The notes beneath the pieces were generated by a model that did no database searches, had not been told where the DNA came from, and saw nothing but the letters and a program-made list of their open reading frames with translations. DNA of 63,283 nucleotides, counting the filler, from Actinomycetota bacterium (GTDB lineage Bacteria; Actinomycetota; CADDZG01; JAHWKV01; JAOPZY01): assembly GCA_025963875.1 (NCBI GenBank). It is 8 parts of 8 records of this genome, joined end to end, with 100 filler letters (N's around TTAATTAATTAA, not from the genome) between each part and the next. Parts side by side here need not be neighbours in the genome. Positions count along the whole stretch, not along the records: positions 35,472 to 52,938 come from JAOPZY010000017.1; positions 53,039 to 55,659 come from JAOPZY010000018.1; positions 55,760 to 63,283 come from JAOPZY010000108.1; 5 more parts are not named here. The stretch is one strand, 5' to 3'. The position numbers were made by a program, and so were the translations under genes. Shown here piece by piece: positions 46,537 to 56,730 of this stretch; position 1 is the stretch's first letter; the number at the start of each line of letters is the position of its first letter.

Positions 46537-47310
46537 ATGGCCCGTGAGACACTGCCGGGCGTGGCTCCCATCCCCCGGCCCCCGAGGGCCGTCACCATCG
46601 ACTGCTGGTCGACGCTGCTCCGGGACCTCGATTCCGGCGGCGCGCTGCGCCAGCGCGGCGCTGCGCTGGCGGGCGTGGCCGGGCGGCTGGGCCGAGAGAT
46701 CGCCCCGGAGGCTGCCATGGAGCTGATCGACCGATCCTGGGCTCTCCATCTCGACGAGTGGCGAGGCGGAAGGACCTTCGGGCCGGAGGGCGCTGCCCGC
46801 TGGTGCCTCGACGAGCTCGGCCTTGCCGCGCCCCGGCCGGATGTCGAGGAGCTGGCGGAGGCGATCGCTACAGGCACGCTCTCGGTGGGCACCGCGGTCG
46901 TGGACGGCGCCGCGGAGGCGCTGGACGCCCTCCACGGTGCGGGCATCCCCACCGCCCTGATCTGCGACACCGGCTTCACGCCGAGCCGGGTCGTCCGCGA
47001 GGCGCTGCGGATGCACAGTCTCCGGGTCGACCACTACTTCTTCTCGGACGAGGTCGGCATCCCGAAGCCCCACGCCCCGATGTTCCTCGCCGCGCTCGAG
47101 GCCACGGGAGCCAAGCCGGCCGAGGCGGTCCACATCGGCGACCTGCGCCGTACCGACGTCGCCGGTGCCCGGGCTGCGGGCATGGCTGCGATCCGCTTCG
47201 CCGGGGTCCACGACGACGGCTGGCTGGCGGAGGACTGCCAACCCGACGTAGAGGCCGACGCCGTCCTCTACCGCTGGGCCGACCTCCCGGAGCTGCTCGG
47301 CCTTCGCTGA
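46537..47310 (+). CDS. HAD-superfamily hydrolase
   Basis: TIDCWSTL motif I, FSDEVGIPKP, VHIGDLRRTDVAGA; start uncertain. Confidence 0.88.
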   Translation: MARETLPGVAPIPRPPRAVTIDCWSTLLRDLDSGGALRQRGAALAGVAGRLGREIAPEAAMELIDRSWALHLDEWRGGRTFGPEGAARWCLDELGLAAPRPDVEELAEAIATGTLSVGTAVVDGAAEALDALHGAGIPTALICDTGFTPSRVVREALRMHSLRVDHYFFSDEVGIPKPHAPMFLAALEATGAKPAEAVHIGDLRRTDVAGARAAGMAAIRFAGVHDDGWLAEDCQPDVEADAVLYRWADLPELLGLR

Positions 47311-47397
47311 CCCCGAGCAGCCAAAGAGGTCAGTCGTTTTTCGCGCGGATATGCGCGATCGCGGACTAAGGTCGGCCTCCGCTGACCGCGGGGCCGC

Positions 47398-48486
47398 CTA
47401 TGGACCGACCGTCACCTGGGCGACGGGGATCGGGCCCGTCCCCGTCACCGACGCCGGCGCAAGTTCGACCCAGGTGGCACCGGGCGCCAGCGGGATCGGC
47501 GCCCCGGACGCGTCGAGGTACTTCGTGACGTCGGCGGCAGACGGCCGGCTCCAGGTTCCCTTGACGCAGGTTCCAACACGGCAGACGTACGCCGCCCCCG
47601 ACCCGATCAGGGTGGCGATCGGCTGATGGGAGCCGCTCGGGTCCTCGATGAACGTGCTCATCGTGACCGGCACCGACTGCACGATGACGTTGGTGGTCGA
47701 GATCTGCTTGCCGGCAGAGTCGTTGGCCGGGGTGGCCCCGTAGTAGCGCTTGTAGGTGCTCGACGCGGGGTCCCATTTCCAGACCACGTCGGAGTACTGG
47801 GAGAAGTTCACGTGGACCGTCGCACCTGGGGTTCCCGCCGTGGGTGAAGGAGCGTAGGTGAACACCGGCTTCGGCGCCGGCAGGCCCTTCGCCTCGGGCC
47901 GGTTGTACAGCTCCTGGGTGCTGGTGTAGAGGCTGTGTACGTCGTTGTGGCGGGCGGGATCGCGGTGGTAGGCCCCGCCGGCGGAACCGAACGAGCTGAC
48001 CCGCACCAGGGTCCCGGCCTTCTCGGCCGCGGTCAGGGCGGCCTCGGTGGGTGGGCTCCCACCGGCGTCGCCGAACAGCGGCTTGCCGAACTGCGACAGG
48101 ATGTCGACGTCTTCCAGGCGGGCGCTCCGCACCGGCTCGACACGGGCCGCGTCCTGGCACTGGTACACGACGACGAATCGGGTGATGCCCCCCTCGACCG
48201 CCTCCTCGTAGACGATGTCGGCCGTGTCGAGGCCGGTGGGAGGCCGGGACTCCGGCGAGTTCTCCATCTTGATGGCGAGCGCCGGCCGATTGGGCACCGA
48301 GCCGCTGGGAGGTGTCTTGCCGGTCAGGGGGCAGACGGCCGGGGCAGCAGGGACTCCGGGCGTGGACGGCGAGGGGGCCGCGGACTTGTTGGCCGTCTTG
48401 TGGGAGCACCCCGCCATCACGAGGGCGCCTGCTGCGGCGACGGCGGCGAAGCGGGTGCCCCGCGCTCGGAAGAACCTTCTGTTCAT
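47398..48486 (-). CDS. DUF3048-like lipoprotein
   Basis: MAGC lipobox, CPLTG, ADIVYEEAVEGGITRF, PVRSAR, GATWVE. Confidence 0.85.
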   Translation of the reverse strand: MNRRFFRARGTRFAAVAAAGALVMAGCSHKTANKSAAPSPSTPGVPAAPAVCPLTGKTPPSGSVPNRPALAIKMENSPESRPPTGLDTADIVYEEAVEGGITRFVVVYQCQDAARVEPVRSARLEDVDILSQFGKPLFGDAGGSPPTEAALTAAEKAGTLVRVSSFGSAGGAYHRDPARHNDVHSLYTSTQELYNRPEAKGLPAPKPVFTYAPSPTAGTPGATVHVNFSQYSDVVWKWDPASSTYKRYYGATPANDSAGKQISTTNVIVQSVPVTMSTFIEDPSGSHQPIATLIGSGAAYVCRVGTCVKGTWSRPSAADVTKYLDASGAPIPLAPGATWVELAPASVTGTGPIPVAQVTVGP

Positions 48487-48664
48487 GGACACCGGCACAT
48501 CCTCCTGTGGTCGTCAGCGTTCTGGATTTCGCGCTCGGTCCGGCACCGGCACGCATGCGGCTGCCAACGAGGGGCAACCCCGGGCTCTTGGGAACCTCGG
48601 CAGCTTACCTACGAGGCCGAACGCAAGCAAAGTCCGCTCAATCCGGCACAACGGGCAGTTGCGC

Positions 48665-49696
48665 CTACGCGGCTGCAGGCTCGGGCGCCGTCTTCAGCTT
48701 GTACTGGTCGATGTAGGCCTGGATCTCGTTGGTGTTGACCTTGTCGCAGGTCTGGAGGCGGCCCCAGGTCGACATGGCCACGTTCTTGCCGCTCGGGAGG
48801 TTGGGATACGAGATCACGAGGACCTTGTCCTGGTCGGCGAAGGACCGCAGCGATGCGATCTGGTCGCTGGACAGTCCGTTGCCGTACCAGATGTCCACAT
48901 AGCCATGCTCCAGCGAGTGAACCGCCTGGTAAAGGTTCGGCGTGTCCTTGGGGTTGGTGGAAAGGGGGCCGTAGACACCCTTGGGGAGCGGGACCGGGTG
49001 ATGGGCTCCGCCCGAGGGCGGCGACGTGCTGTAGGTCACCGTCACGCCGGCGTTGATCTGAGCGTCGGTGAGGTGGGTCCGGGTAGTGGTGCCGGCCAGC
49101 GACGTCGTGTCCTGGACACCGGTGCATCCTGCCGCCTTCGACAGCGTGGCGAAGGCTTGCGTGGAATGCCGCGACGAGAGGAAGAGCAACGCGATGACCA
49201 CGACGAGGACGACACCGATGCCAGCGTAGATGGCGCTGTTGCGAAGCTTGCGCCTGCGCTCCGCCGCCTGCTTCCGCTTCTGCGCCTCCATGCGCCGCTC
49301 CCGGGCTGCGGTCCGGGCCTCCTCCCGCTTGGCGGCGGCTTCCGCGGTTGGTCCCTTGGCCGGCACCACCGGAGGCTTGCGGGCGGTCTTGGTCGACGGG
49401 GGCTTCGGCCACTCGGCCGCCTGGGCGTCGTCCGCCGGCGGACCGCCCACGGCCGGTGGGGCAGGGGGCGGGGTTCCGGCCTTGCCTGCCGGCGCATCGA
49501 CGGGTGGGTTCTCGGTCCGTGCGCTCTCGCTGGCAGCCTCGTCTCCCGGGGGCGGGGCCGGGGTCTTCGGCGCAGCTGGGCGCTGCCCGCCGCTCCTCGG
49601 GGGCTGGGGGGAGCGGGGACGCCCTGCTCCACCCGACGGCGATCCCGGGCGTCCTGAGCGGCTCCGACCGCCGGCCGGACGCTTCTTCTGGCTCAT
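48665..49696 (-). CDS. DUF3105-like membrane-anchored protein
   Basis: Pro-rich N-terminus, TM, YSTSPPSGGAH, VHSLEHG. Confidence 0.8.
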   Translation of the reverse strand: MSQKKRPAGGRSRSGRPGSPSGGAGRPRSPQPPRSGGQRPAAPKTPAPPPGDEAASESARTENPPVDAPAGKAGTPPPAPPAVGGPPADDAQAAEWPKPPSTKTARKPPVVPAKGPTAEAAAKREEARTAARERRMEAQKRKQAAERRRKLRNSAIYAGIGVVLVVVIALLFLSSRHSTQAFATLSKAAGCTGVQDTTSLAGTTTRTHLTDAQINAGVTVTYSTSPPSGGAHHPVPLPKGVYGPLSTNPKDTPNLYQAVHSLEHGYVDIWYGNGLSSDQIASLRSFADQDKVLVISYPNLPSGKNVAMSTWGRLQTCDKVNTNEIQAYIDQYKLKTAPEPAAA

Positions 49697-49699
49697 CGC

Positions 49700-50371
49700 C
49701 TACGTCCCGCCCGCCGAGCCTGAATGCGAGCCCGGATTCGAACTGGATGCCGCTGCGAGCATCGCGTCGATCTGGCTCTTGAGCTGGGGCCGGGAGACGG
49801 CGCCGAGGATCCTGGTGCCGAAGCGGCTGCCCTGCTCCTGGCCCTGGCCGATCGAGAAGAAGCGGAACTGCGCGTCGACGAAGAAGGTCTCGGGCACCCC
49901 ACGGACCCCGAACCTGGTGGCCAGCTCGCCGCCCGTGTCCACGACGCTCGGGTAGGTGATGCCGTACTTGCCCACGAACGCCTGCGCATCCACCGGCCGG
50001 TCCTCGTAGTCGACTCCCACCACCCGTACTCCCTTGGCCTCGTACTGCTTCCACGTCGCTTGGAGATCGGGGGCTTCCTGGTTGCAGGGATCGCACCACG
50101 ACGCCCAGAAGTTGATCACGACGGGTGCGCCTTTCAGTCCGCTGCTCGACAGGGTACCTCCCCCAACCGTGGGCAGGCTGAAATCGGGTGCGACCGCCCC
50201 CTGCCGGACCTTTGGCGCCTCGGTGCGGATCAGGCCGACCGCCAGCACGCCCATGAACAGGGCGGGGACCACGATGAACGCCAGGACCCGCAGCCTGCGG
50301 CGCACGTTCGGCGACAGGGTCCTGGATGCGGCCGTCCGGGGTGTCCCCGCGGCGTCGAGCTGATCGACCAT
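49700..50371 (-). CDS. TlpA/ResA-like thiol-disulfide oxidoreductase
   Basis: APDFSL, INFWASWCDPC, GVPETFF. Confidence 0.9.
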   Translation of the reverse strand: MVDQLDAAGTPRTAASRTLSPNVRRRLRVLAFIVVPALFMGVLAVGLIRTEAPKVRQGAVAPDFSLPTVGGGTLSSSGLKGAPVVINFWASWCDPCNQEAPDLQATWKQYEAKGVRVVGVDYEDRPVDAQAFVGKYGITYPSVVDTGGELATRFGVRGVPETFFVDAQFRFFSIGQGQEQGSRFGTRILGAVSRPQLKSQIDAMLAAASSSNPGSHSGSAGGT

Positions 50372-50375
50372 GGCC

Positions 50376-51353
50376 CTATCCTACGAGCGGGGTCAGCGCC
50401 GTCCGCACCTGGCCGGCCGTGAAGCCGCCCTCGAAGCGGGATGCGATGACGCCGTTGCGGTCGATGACGAACAGCCACGGTTCGGTCTGGACCTTCCACT
50501 CGGCGAAGGTCGGGCTGGGGATCTGCTGCTGCAGCGTCTGGGCCTGGTCGTTCAGGTAGACCTCGGCGTGGACGAAATTGGCCTTGCCCTTGAGGTCGCT
50601 CTCGACGGTGAGCAGCTCGTCGACACTGGGACCGCAGTTGCGGGAAGCGCAGTACGCCGGGGTGGCAATGACGAACGCCGTGGGCTTGCCCGAGGCAATC
50701 GCCTGGCGAAGCGTGATCTGGTGCATGTCGCAGGGTGGCTTGCGGGTGCAGATGGGGCTCACGCCCCGGGCGTTGTCCACGGTCGGGGTGTCGCTCGGGA
50801 TGGCCTTGTCGCCGGGGAGCAACGTCTCCGCCTTCGTCCGGTCCTTCACCTGCACCAGGGTCGTGGCGACTTGGCGCGGGGCGGACGTCGTCTCCACCAC
50901 CATCGTCCAGACCCCCACGCGATCGAAGGTCACCTGGAGCCCGTTGAGCCCCTTGGTGACCGTGGGACCCGGCTCGGGGTTGGCATAGCCGAACCAGGGG
51001 GCCGCCTTCGGTCCCACGGGGGTCACCTTGGCATCGGCGTCCGAGGTCTGCGCCAGCCACACCCGCGTGTCCGCCCCGAAGAGCCGGTCACCGTTCGGCT
51101 TGGCGAGGTAGAAGCCGAGGTAGTTGTCCACGCCGGCCACGTAGTCCTCGCCGGCCAGGCTGGGGACCACGAGCTTCGTGCCGTCCCCGGCATCCTTGCG
51201 GGCCTTGAGCAACCCGTTGACGGATCCCGCCGTGAGGACGTCCGGGTGCGACCCGCCGCATGCCTCCAGCAACCCGCCGACGGCTCCGCCGAGCGTCAGG
51301 CCACCCGCACCGATCAGGCCGAGGCGGAGCAGTTCACGGCGCGAGACCCTCAT
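50376..51353 (-). CDS. Tat-exported lipoprotein with C-terminal thioredoxin-like fold
   Basis: SRRELL Tat motif, LEAC lipobox, TPAYCASRNCGP, EPWLFVID. Confidence 0.7.
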   Translation of the reverse strand: MRVSRRELLRLGLIGAGGLTLGGAVGGLLEACGGSHPDVLTAGSVNGLLKARKDAGDGTKLVVPSLAGEDYVAGVDNYLGFYLAKPNGDRLFGADTRVWLAQTSDADAKVTPVGPKAAPWFGYANPEPGPTVTKGLNGLQVTFDRVGVWTMVVETTSAPRQVATTLVQVKDRTKAETLLPGDKAIPSDTPTVDNARGVSPICTRKPPCDMHQITLRQAIASGKPTAFVIATPAYCASRNCGPSVDELLTVESDLKGKANFVHAEVYLNDQAQTLQQQIPSPTFAEWKVQTEPWLFVIDRNGVIASRFEGGFTAGQVRTALTPLVG

Positions 51354-51931
51354 GCTGTCACCTGGACGCCGAGGTACTGCTGGATGAACCCGCGCAGCTC
51401 TGAGGCGGTCATCTGGCCCACGTGGAGGCCGGCGAGGGTGCCGTCGGCCCGCAGGAATGCGGTCGTGGGAGGCAGCACCCGCAGGGAGATCCGCCCGTAC
51501 AGCAACCCGCCGTCGTCGTAGGCGAGAGGGTAGGCGACCTTGCGCTGCTTCGAGAAGTCGACGGCTGCCGAACGCACCTCTCCGTCGACGCCGAGCAGGT
51601 CGAGGCCGAGGAACTGGACCTGCGGGGCCGCCGACGCGTAGACCTGCTGGAGGTCGGGCATCTCCTGGATGCAGGCGCCGCACCAGCTGGCCCAGAAGTT
51701 GACGACGAGAGGCTTGCCAGCGGCGATGTCGGAGATGGTCACCGGGGAGCCCGCCGGCAGGGCCTCGACCTTGCAGGTCCCCGGCACGGTGTGGCCGACC
51801 TCGATGATCGACCTTGCGGTACCGCAGTCCCGGGCCGATGCGGTGAGTCTTGGGGAGTCGGTCTGGGAGCGCAGGACCAGCACCACGGCGCCGGCCGCAA
51901 GGAGGGCCATCACGGGGAGGAGCTTCCTCAT
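51350..51931 (-). CDS. TlpA-like thiol-disulfide oxidoreductase
   Basis: VNFWASWCGAC, PPTTAF; coupled to ccdA. Confidence 0.88.
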   Translation of the reverse strand: MRKLLPVMALLAAGAVVLVLRSQTDSPRLTASARDCGTARSIIEVGHTVPGTCKVEALPAGSPVTISDIAAGKPLVVNFWASWCGACIQEMPDLQQVYASAAPQVQFLGLDLLGVDGEVRSAAVDFSKQRKVAYPLAYDDGGLLYGRISLRVLPPTTAFLRADGTLAGLHVGQMTASELRGFIQQYLGVQVTA

Positions 51932-52668
51932 TACACGATCCAGTTGTGCTTCACGAAGAGCCGCACGAGCGGCGTGAAGAGGCGCTGCCAGGCCCCGGTC
52001 ACCAGGAACAACCCGATGGCCACCAGCAGCACGCCGCCCACCTGTTCCACGATCCGGCCGTGGCGCTGCACGAGGTGGAAGGTCCGCCCGGCCCGCGAGT
52101 ACACGAAGGCGAAGAGCAGGAAGGGGATGCCCATGCCGAGCGAATAGACGAAGAGCAGGAGGGCGCCCTTCGACGCCGTGGGGGTGTTGGCAGCAACGGC
52201 GAAGACGGCGGCCAGGACCGGGCCGATGCAGGGGGTCCAGCCGAATGCGAACGCCATGCCGAGCGGCACGGCGCCAACCGGTCCGGAACGGATGCGGTTG
52301 AGATCGAAGCGCTTCTCCCGGTACAGGAAGGGCAGGCGCAGCACGCCCAGCGTCGCCAGCCCCATGACGATGACGAAGACGCCGGCCACCTTGGTGATGA
52401 GCGGTTGCTGGCGTAGCAGGAAGGTGCCCAGCACCGAGGCGGTGGCCCCGAGCGCCGTGAAAACGATGGCGAACCCCAGGACGAACAGTGCCCCGGCCCC
52501 CACCACCCGGCGCGTCCTTCCCGTCTCCCCCACCGCCACGCCGCTCACGTAGGCCAGGTAGCCCGGGATCAGCGGCCACGAGCAGGGAGAGGCGATCGAC
52601 AGGGTGCCCCCCGCGAAGGCCACTGCGAGTCCGGCCGCCCCCGCCGTGTTGACGGCACCGGAGAGCAT
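51931..52668 (-). CDS. ccdA: Cytochrome c biogenesis protein CcdA (DsbD transmembrane domain)
   Basis: SPCSWPLIPGY and FGWTPCIGPVL. Confidence 0.9.
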   Translation of the reverse strand: MLSGAVNTAGAAGLAVAFAGGTLSIASPCSWPLIPGYLAYVSGVAVGETGRTRRVVGAGALFVLGFAIVFTALGATASVLGTFLLRQQPLITKVAGVFVIVMGLATLGVLRLPFLYREKRFDLNRIRSGPVGAVPLGMAFAFGWTPCIGPVLAAVFAVAANTPTASKGALLLFVYSLGMGIPFLLFAFVYSRAGRTFHLVQRHGRIVEQVGGVLLVAIGLFLVTGAWQRLFTPLVRLFVKHNWIV

Positions 52669-52938
52669 CAGGTCCGTCCAGCCGCGCGCAAGCGCTGGCT
52701 CGATGCAGCAGGCATGGACCCATTATCCCGCGGGTGTTCGAAGGAACTTAGGTTCGGCACAGCCGGGGCCCAGGGTCATCGCCCGTCGGGGATCGACGGC
52801 TGCGTCCGGGCCGCGTCAGGGCTTGTCGGCGGCGACGATGCCGTAGCCCCAGAGGCCCTTGCGCATCGCCCGGTACTGATCCCGGGCAGCCCGGACGTTG
52901 CCGTGCTGGAGATCCGATCGCAGTCCCACCTTGTGAAG

Positions 52939-53038
52939 NNNNNNNNNNNNNNNNNNNNNNNNNNNNNNNNNNNNNNNNNNNNTTAATTAATTAANNNNNN
53001 NNNNNNNNNNNNNNNNNNNNNNNNNNNNNNNNNNNNNN
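52939..53038. other. Artificial contig linker; flanking contigs overlap by about 125 bp
   Basis: 52813-52938 is identical to 53042-53167. Confidence 0.97.
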
Positions 53039-53044
53039 GCTGCG

Positions 53045-53932
53045 TCAGGGCTTGTCGGCGGCGACGATGCCGTAGCCCCAGAGGCCCTTGCGCATCGCCC
53101 GGTACTGATCCCGGGCAGCCCGGACGTTGCCGTGCTGGAGATCCGATCGCAGTCCCACCTTGTGAAGGCCCGCTGCGATGGGGTAGCAGCCCATCGTGAC
53201 CCGGTACAGCCGCCGGCAGGACTTGATGACGTTCGGCGTGCAGTCCCGCTTGGTGACATTCGTGAAGCCGACCTCCTCGGCGTAGCCTGCGAACTCGGGC
53301 AGCGACGACAGGTTCGGCACCACCCAGCCCTCGAGCCACGACTCCTGGAGGCGGTGTTCGGCAGGGGTCAGGGCACGGTCGGCCCGAAAGCCGTCCTGGA
53401 CCGCGATCCGTCCGCCCGGCTTCAGCACCCGGAAAGCCTCCGAAAGGTACTGCCGCTTCGACGGGGCGTAGTTGATGCTCTCGAGGCCGTAGACGAGGTC
53501 GAAGGTCTCGTCGGGGAACGCCATCTGGCAGTAGTCCTGGAGGGCGATGCGCACCCGCTTGTCGAGGCCCCGCTCCGCGGCGTAGCGGTTGCCCCGCACC
53601 ACCTGGTCGGGCGTGACCGTGATGCCGGTGACGTCGACGTCGTAGTGCTCGGCCATCCACATGGCGGTCCCGCCGACCCCGCAGCCGCAGTCGAGGATCT
53701 TGTCGCCCGCCTCCGGGCGGAGGTTGGAGGCCAGCACCCGGTTCATGTTGAGCAGCGACTCGGAGTGGTTGCGGGTGGTCTCGTCCCAGTAGCCGAAATG
53801 GATGGCCCGGTTCGAGGGGTTCAGCCACAGCATCCGGTAGTCGAGCCAGGTCTCCTCGTAGTAGCTGGCCGTGGTCTTCGGGTCGCCGCGGACGAGGGGT
53901 TCGGTCAGGGGTTCGGTCACAATGGGCGGCAT
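53045..53932 (-). CDS. Class I SAM methyltransferase, paralog of 19037-19915
   Basis: WLDYR..W.N, IHFGYWDETTR, ILDCGCGVGG, LKPGGR. Confidence 0.85.
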   Translation of the reverse strand: MPPIVTEPLTEPLVRGDPKTTASYYEETWLDYRMLWLNPSNRAIHFGYWDETTRNHSESLLNMNRVLASNLRPEAGDKILDCGCGVGGTAMWMAEHYDVDVTGITVTPDQVVRGNRYAAERGLDKRVRIALQDYCQMAFPDETFDLVYGLESINYAPSKRQYLSEAFRVLKPGGRIAVQDGFRADRALTPAEHRLQESWLEGWVVPNLSSLPEFAGYAEEVGFTNVTKRDCTPNVIKSCRRLYRVTMGCYPIAAGLHKVGLRSDLQHGNVRAARDQYRAMRKGLWGYGIVAADKP

Positions 53933-53933
53933 T

Positions 53934-54743
53934 CTACTGCTCGCCGCTGCCTGCACCCGGGAGGTCGTACGCCCGCCACGCGATCGTCGAGGACGTCGGC
54001 CGCAGTTTGTCCAATGACCCGTAGGTGGCCCGTGCCCACGCCCGCACCTCTCTGGCTGCCCGGAGGCGGGTTTGGTCGTCCATCCGCCAGGTGTAGGAGT
54101 AGTCTGCCCGCTCGAAGCTGGCGATCAGTCGCTCCAAGCTGACCTGGCCCGGCTCCTCGAGCGTGGGCAGGTCTCGGCGGGACGCCCCCAGGGCCGCGAA
54201 GCAGGCGTCCATCTCCTCGGGATTCGCCACGCCGACGTGCATGCGCTCCAGCCCCGCCGCCGCGGCGAAGCGCTCCCGGAGGCCGTGGAACAGCTCCCCT
54301 CCGCTCCCCGTGAGATCCACGACCACGACGCCGCCGGGGCGGACGACCCGGGCAAGCTCCGCCACGCCCTGTCGCCACGGCGGGATCAGGTGGAAGACAT
54401 GGGCGGCGATGGCACCTCCGAAGGTGGCATCACGGAACGGCAGGGCCGTGGCGTCGGCCAGCGAGAGGGGGAACGGGGGCCGCCCGCCGGCCTTCTCGAC
54501 CAGGCGGTCGACCATCTTCGGCGAGATGTCGACCCCCGCCAGGGGGATACCCGAGCGGTGCAGGGGCAGCGCGATCCTCCCCGTGCCGACGCCGATCTCC
54601 AGGCAGCGCCCGCGCCCGGCGAGCTCGGCGCCCAGCAGGTCGTTGACCCGGGCCTCCACCTCGGGCGAGTGGGTGCGGGTGCCGTCGTAGAAACCGGCGG
54701 CCCGGTCGAAGCTCACGGACCCAGAAGAGGGGTTGGGCGTCAT
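53934..54743 (-). CDS. Class I SAM methyltransferase
   Basis: SVSFDRAAGFYD, LEIGVGTGRIA, ADATALPF, RVVRPGG. Confidence 0.88.
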   Translation of the reverse strand: MTPNPSSGSVSFDRAAGFYDGTRTHSPEVEARVNDLLGAELAGRGRCLEIGVGTGRIALPLHRSGIPLAGVDISPKMVDRLVEKAGGRPPFPLSLADATALPFRDATFGGAIAAHVFHLIPPWRQGVAELARVVRPGGVVVVDLTGSGGELFHGLRERFAAAAGLERMHVGVANPEEMDACFAALGASRRDLPTLEEPGQVSLERLIASFERADYSYTWRMDDQTRLRAAREVRAWARATYGSLDKLRPTSSTIAWRAYDLPGAGSGEQ

Positions 54744-54860
54744 TCGGCAAAGAGCGTAGCGTCCTGACGGCAGCGCGGTTATCATCCGTGCGTCGCCGCC
54801 GAGGGAGCCGGACGCTGATCCGACGCCCTCATCCGACGCTATCGGAACAGGGAGAAGTCC

Positions 54861-55659
54861 ATGCCCGAGGAGTACTTCCTGACGCTCGTCGGACCGCGAG
54901 TGGCACCAGCGGACCGGCTCTCCGAATCCGGGGTCCCGCTCGAGGACGGCCACACCCTTCCCTTTGTCGTCGATCGTGGCTGGGTCGGCCCGGCCGGGAC
55001 CTACATCGAGCAGTGGTCGATCCGGACCGGCGAGACGGTCCTGTACCGCAACCCCGCCAAGTACATCGAGGTCCGCGGGTTCCAGTCGGTCCGGCGGTTC
55101 AGCGACACGGTCCGCGTCCCCGTGAAGCTGGAGCCGGGGGTCTACGACATCGTTTTCCTCGTCGAGGATTACCGGATGGGCTCCTTCGCGGTCGAGGCGC
55201 ACAAGCTGTCGGAGAAGGTCGAGGCCCCGGCCGCAGCGGAGCCCGCCCCCGCAGCGGAGCCCGCCCCGGCTCCTACTCCCCCGCCTGCCGCCGCCCCAGC
55301 CCCGAAGCCGGCCGCGGCGCCACCCCCAGCGCCGAAGCCCGCTGCCGCTCCTGCCGCCCCGGCCGCGGTGTCCAGCGGTGAGGACCCGGCCGCCGTCCGC
55401 AAGCGCGTGTACGAGGAGGAACTCGCCAAGGGGTCGGATCCCAGGGTGGCCGAGGGGAGGGCGAAGTCCGCCGAGATAAGGGCCAGGAAGGGGATGGGCG
55501 CTGCCACGGCACCTGCTCCAGCCGCGGAACCCGCACCCGCTCCAGCCCCGGAACCGCCGCCGGAGCCCGCCCCACCCGCCGCCGTCGGCCTCCGCCCCGG
55601 CGAGCCGGTTCCCCCGCCCCGTACCGCGGCCCCCGAGCCCGCCCCTGCGGCGCCAGCCG
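54861..55659 (+). CDS. Hypothetical protein with Pro/Ala linkers, 3'-truncated
   Basis: Beta-rich N-terminal domain, AP-rich linker, helical YEEELAKGSDPRVAEGRAK module. Confidence 0.7.
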
Positions 55660-55759
55660 NNNNNNNNNNNNNNNNNNNNNNNNNNNNNNNNNNNNNNNNN
55701 NNNTTAATTAATTAANNNNNNNNNNNNNNNNNNNNNNNNNNNNNNNNNNNNNNNNNNNN
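55660..55759. other. Artificial contig linker
   Basis: N-run/TTAATTAATTAA/N-run. Confidence 0.99.
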
Positions 55760-55849
55760 GACGCGATCGTCTTCGCCGAGGATTCCGGCTTCTCCCATCC
55801 GGTGGTACTCCTCGACCGTGAACAGCCGGGGCTGGGGTCGAACGGCCAT
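55760..55849 (-). CDS. Uma2-family endonuclease N-terminus, truncated
   Basis: RLFTVEEYHRMGEAGILGEDDRV; AAGGAG RBS. Confidence 0.85.
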
Positions 55850-56119
55850 ATCGCTCCTTGCATGGTATCGGAACAGCGGGCAGCCACTACCACAGACATT
55901 ATCTACATATAATAACATATATCAACACTAATTAGTGGTGCTCTGGCAGTGGGTGTCGGGTTAGCGGCGTCGCAGGGCAGAGGACCGTGACGACCTCTGG
56001 CCCCAAGTCCCGTTGGGGACTTGCGATCGTAGTCCCGGTCGATGTGGATCACACCAGGCCGTGATGGAAGGCGGTTTCAGCGATTGGCAGGTCGCGTATG
56101 GGTGTGCGCTGCAAGAGAG

Positions 56120-56200
56120 TCAGTCGTCGGCCAGGGCCTCGGCAACCGTGGCGAGGGTCTCGTCGCCGTAACGCTCCAGGCGCCCGGGGCCGAGGCCCTC
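56120..56200 (-). pseudogene. HRDC-domain C-terminal remnant
   Basis: EGLGPGRLERYGDETLATVAEAL*; no recognisable upstream coding sequence. Confidence 0.45.
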
Positions 56201-56730
56201 GGGTTCCCGCGGAGCGAGCCTGTGCGTAGCTGCGTGCTCGCGGTGTTCGGCTGCGGACGAGCGTCGTTACCGAGGTCGGAGACCCTCGACCTTGTTGTGC
56301 TCATACAAAATCAGCGTAGCTCGCACCTTTGGGATGCCCCACCTTTCCCGTCACGTCGACGACGCCGCGCCGAGCGGCACGCGGGAAGGCCTCGCTCCTG
56401 CTTGTACCGAGGGAGTTCTGTGTAGATGTCCGAACCGTTGCCAAGGGAGCGGCCGGCGAGCACGAGCGTTGCCACGATCGTCGTGCCAGCCGGAACGAAC
56501 GGGTGAAGATGTCGGTGGTCGAAGACGTAGCGTGTGCCTGCGGCCAACTCACCATCGAACAGGCCAGTCGGGTGTAGCGAACCTCAGCCTCTCGGAACCG
56601 CCATCCGAGCCGAAGGTGGAAGGGTATTGAGTGATGCACCGCGAGGCCGGGACCGTTATTCCGCGGGTGAACCTGTCACTGGTGCACGGAATCAGTGCGG
56701 CGCCGTCGGCCATACTTCACCCCCAAAGCC

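Noticed and set aside
52799..53167. Apparent ~125-bp direct repeat of a methyltransferase 3' end
   Set aside because: Overlap of two contig ends that differ by an 11-nt indel; an assembly break or strain variant rather than a duplication.
55895..55930. XerCD dif site
   Set aside because: Core reads TTAT-N6-ATAA rather than ATAA-N6-TTAT, and the arms match poorly.
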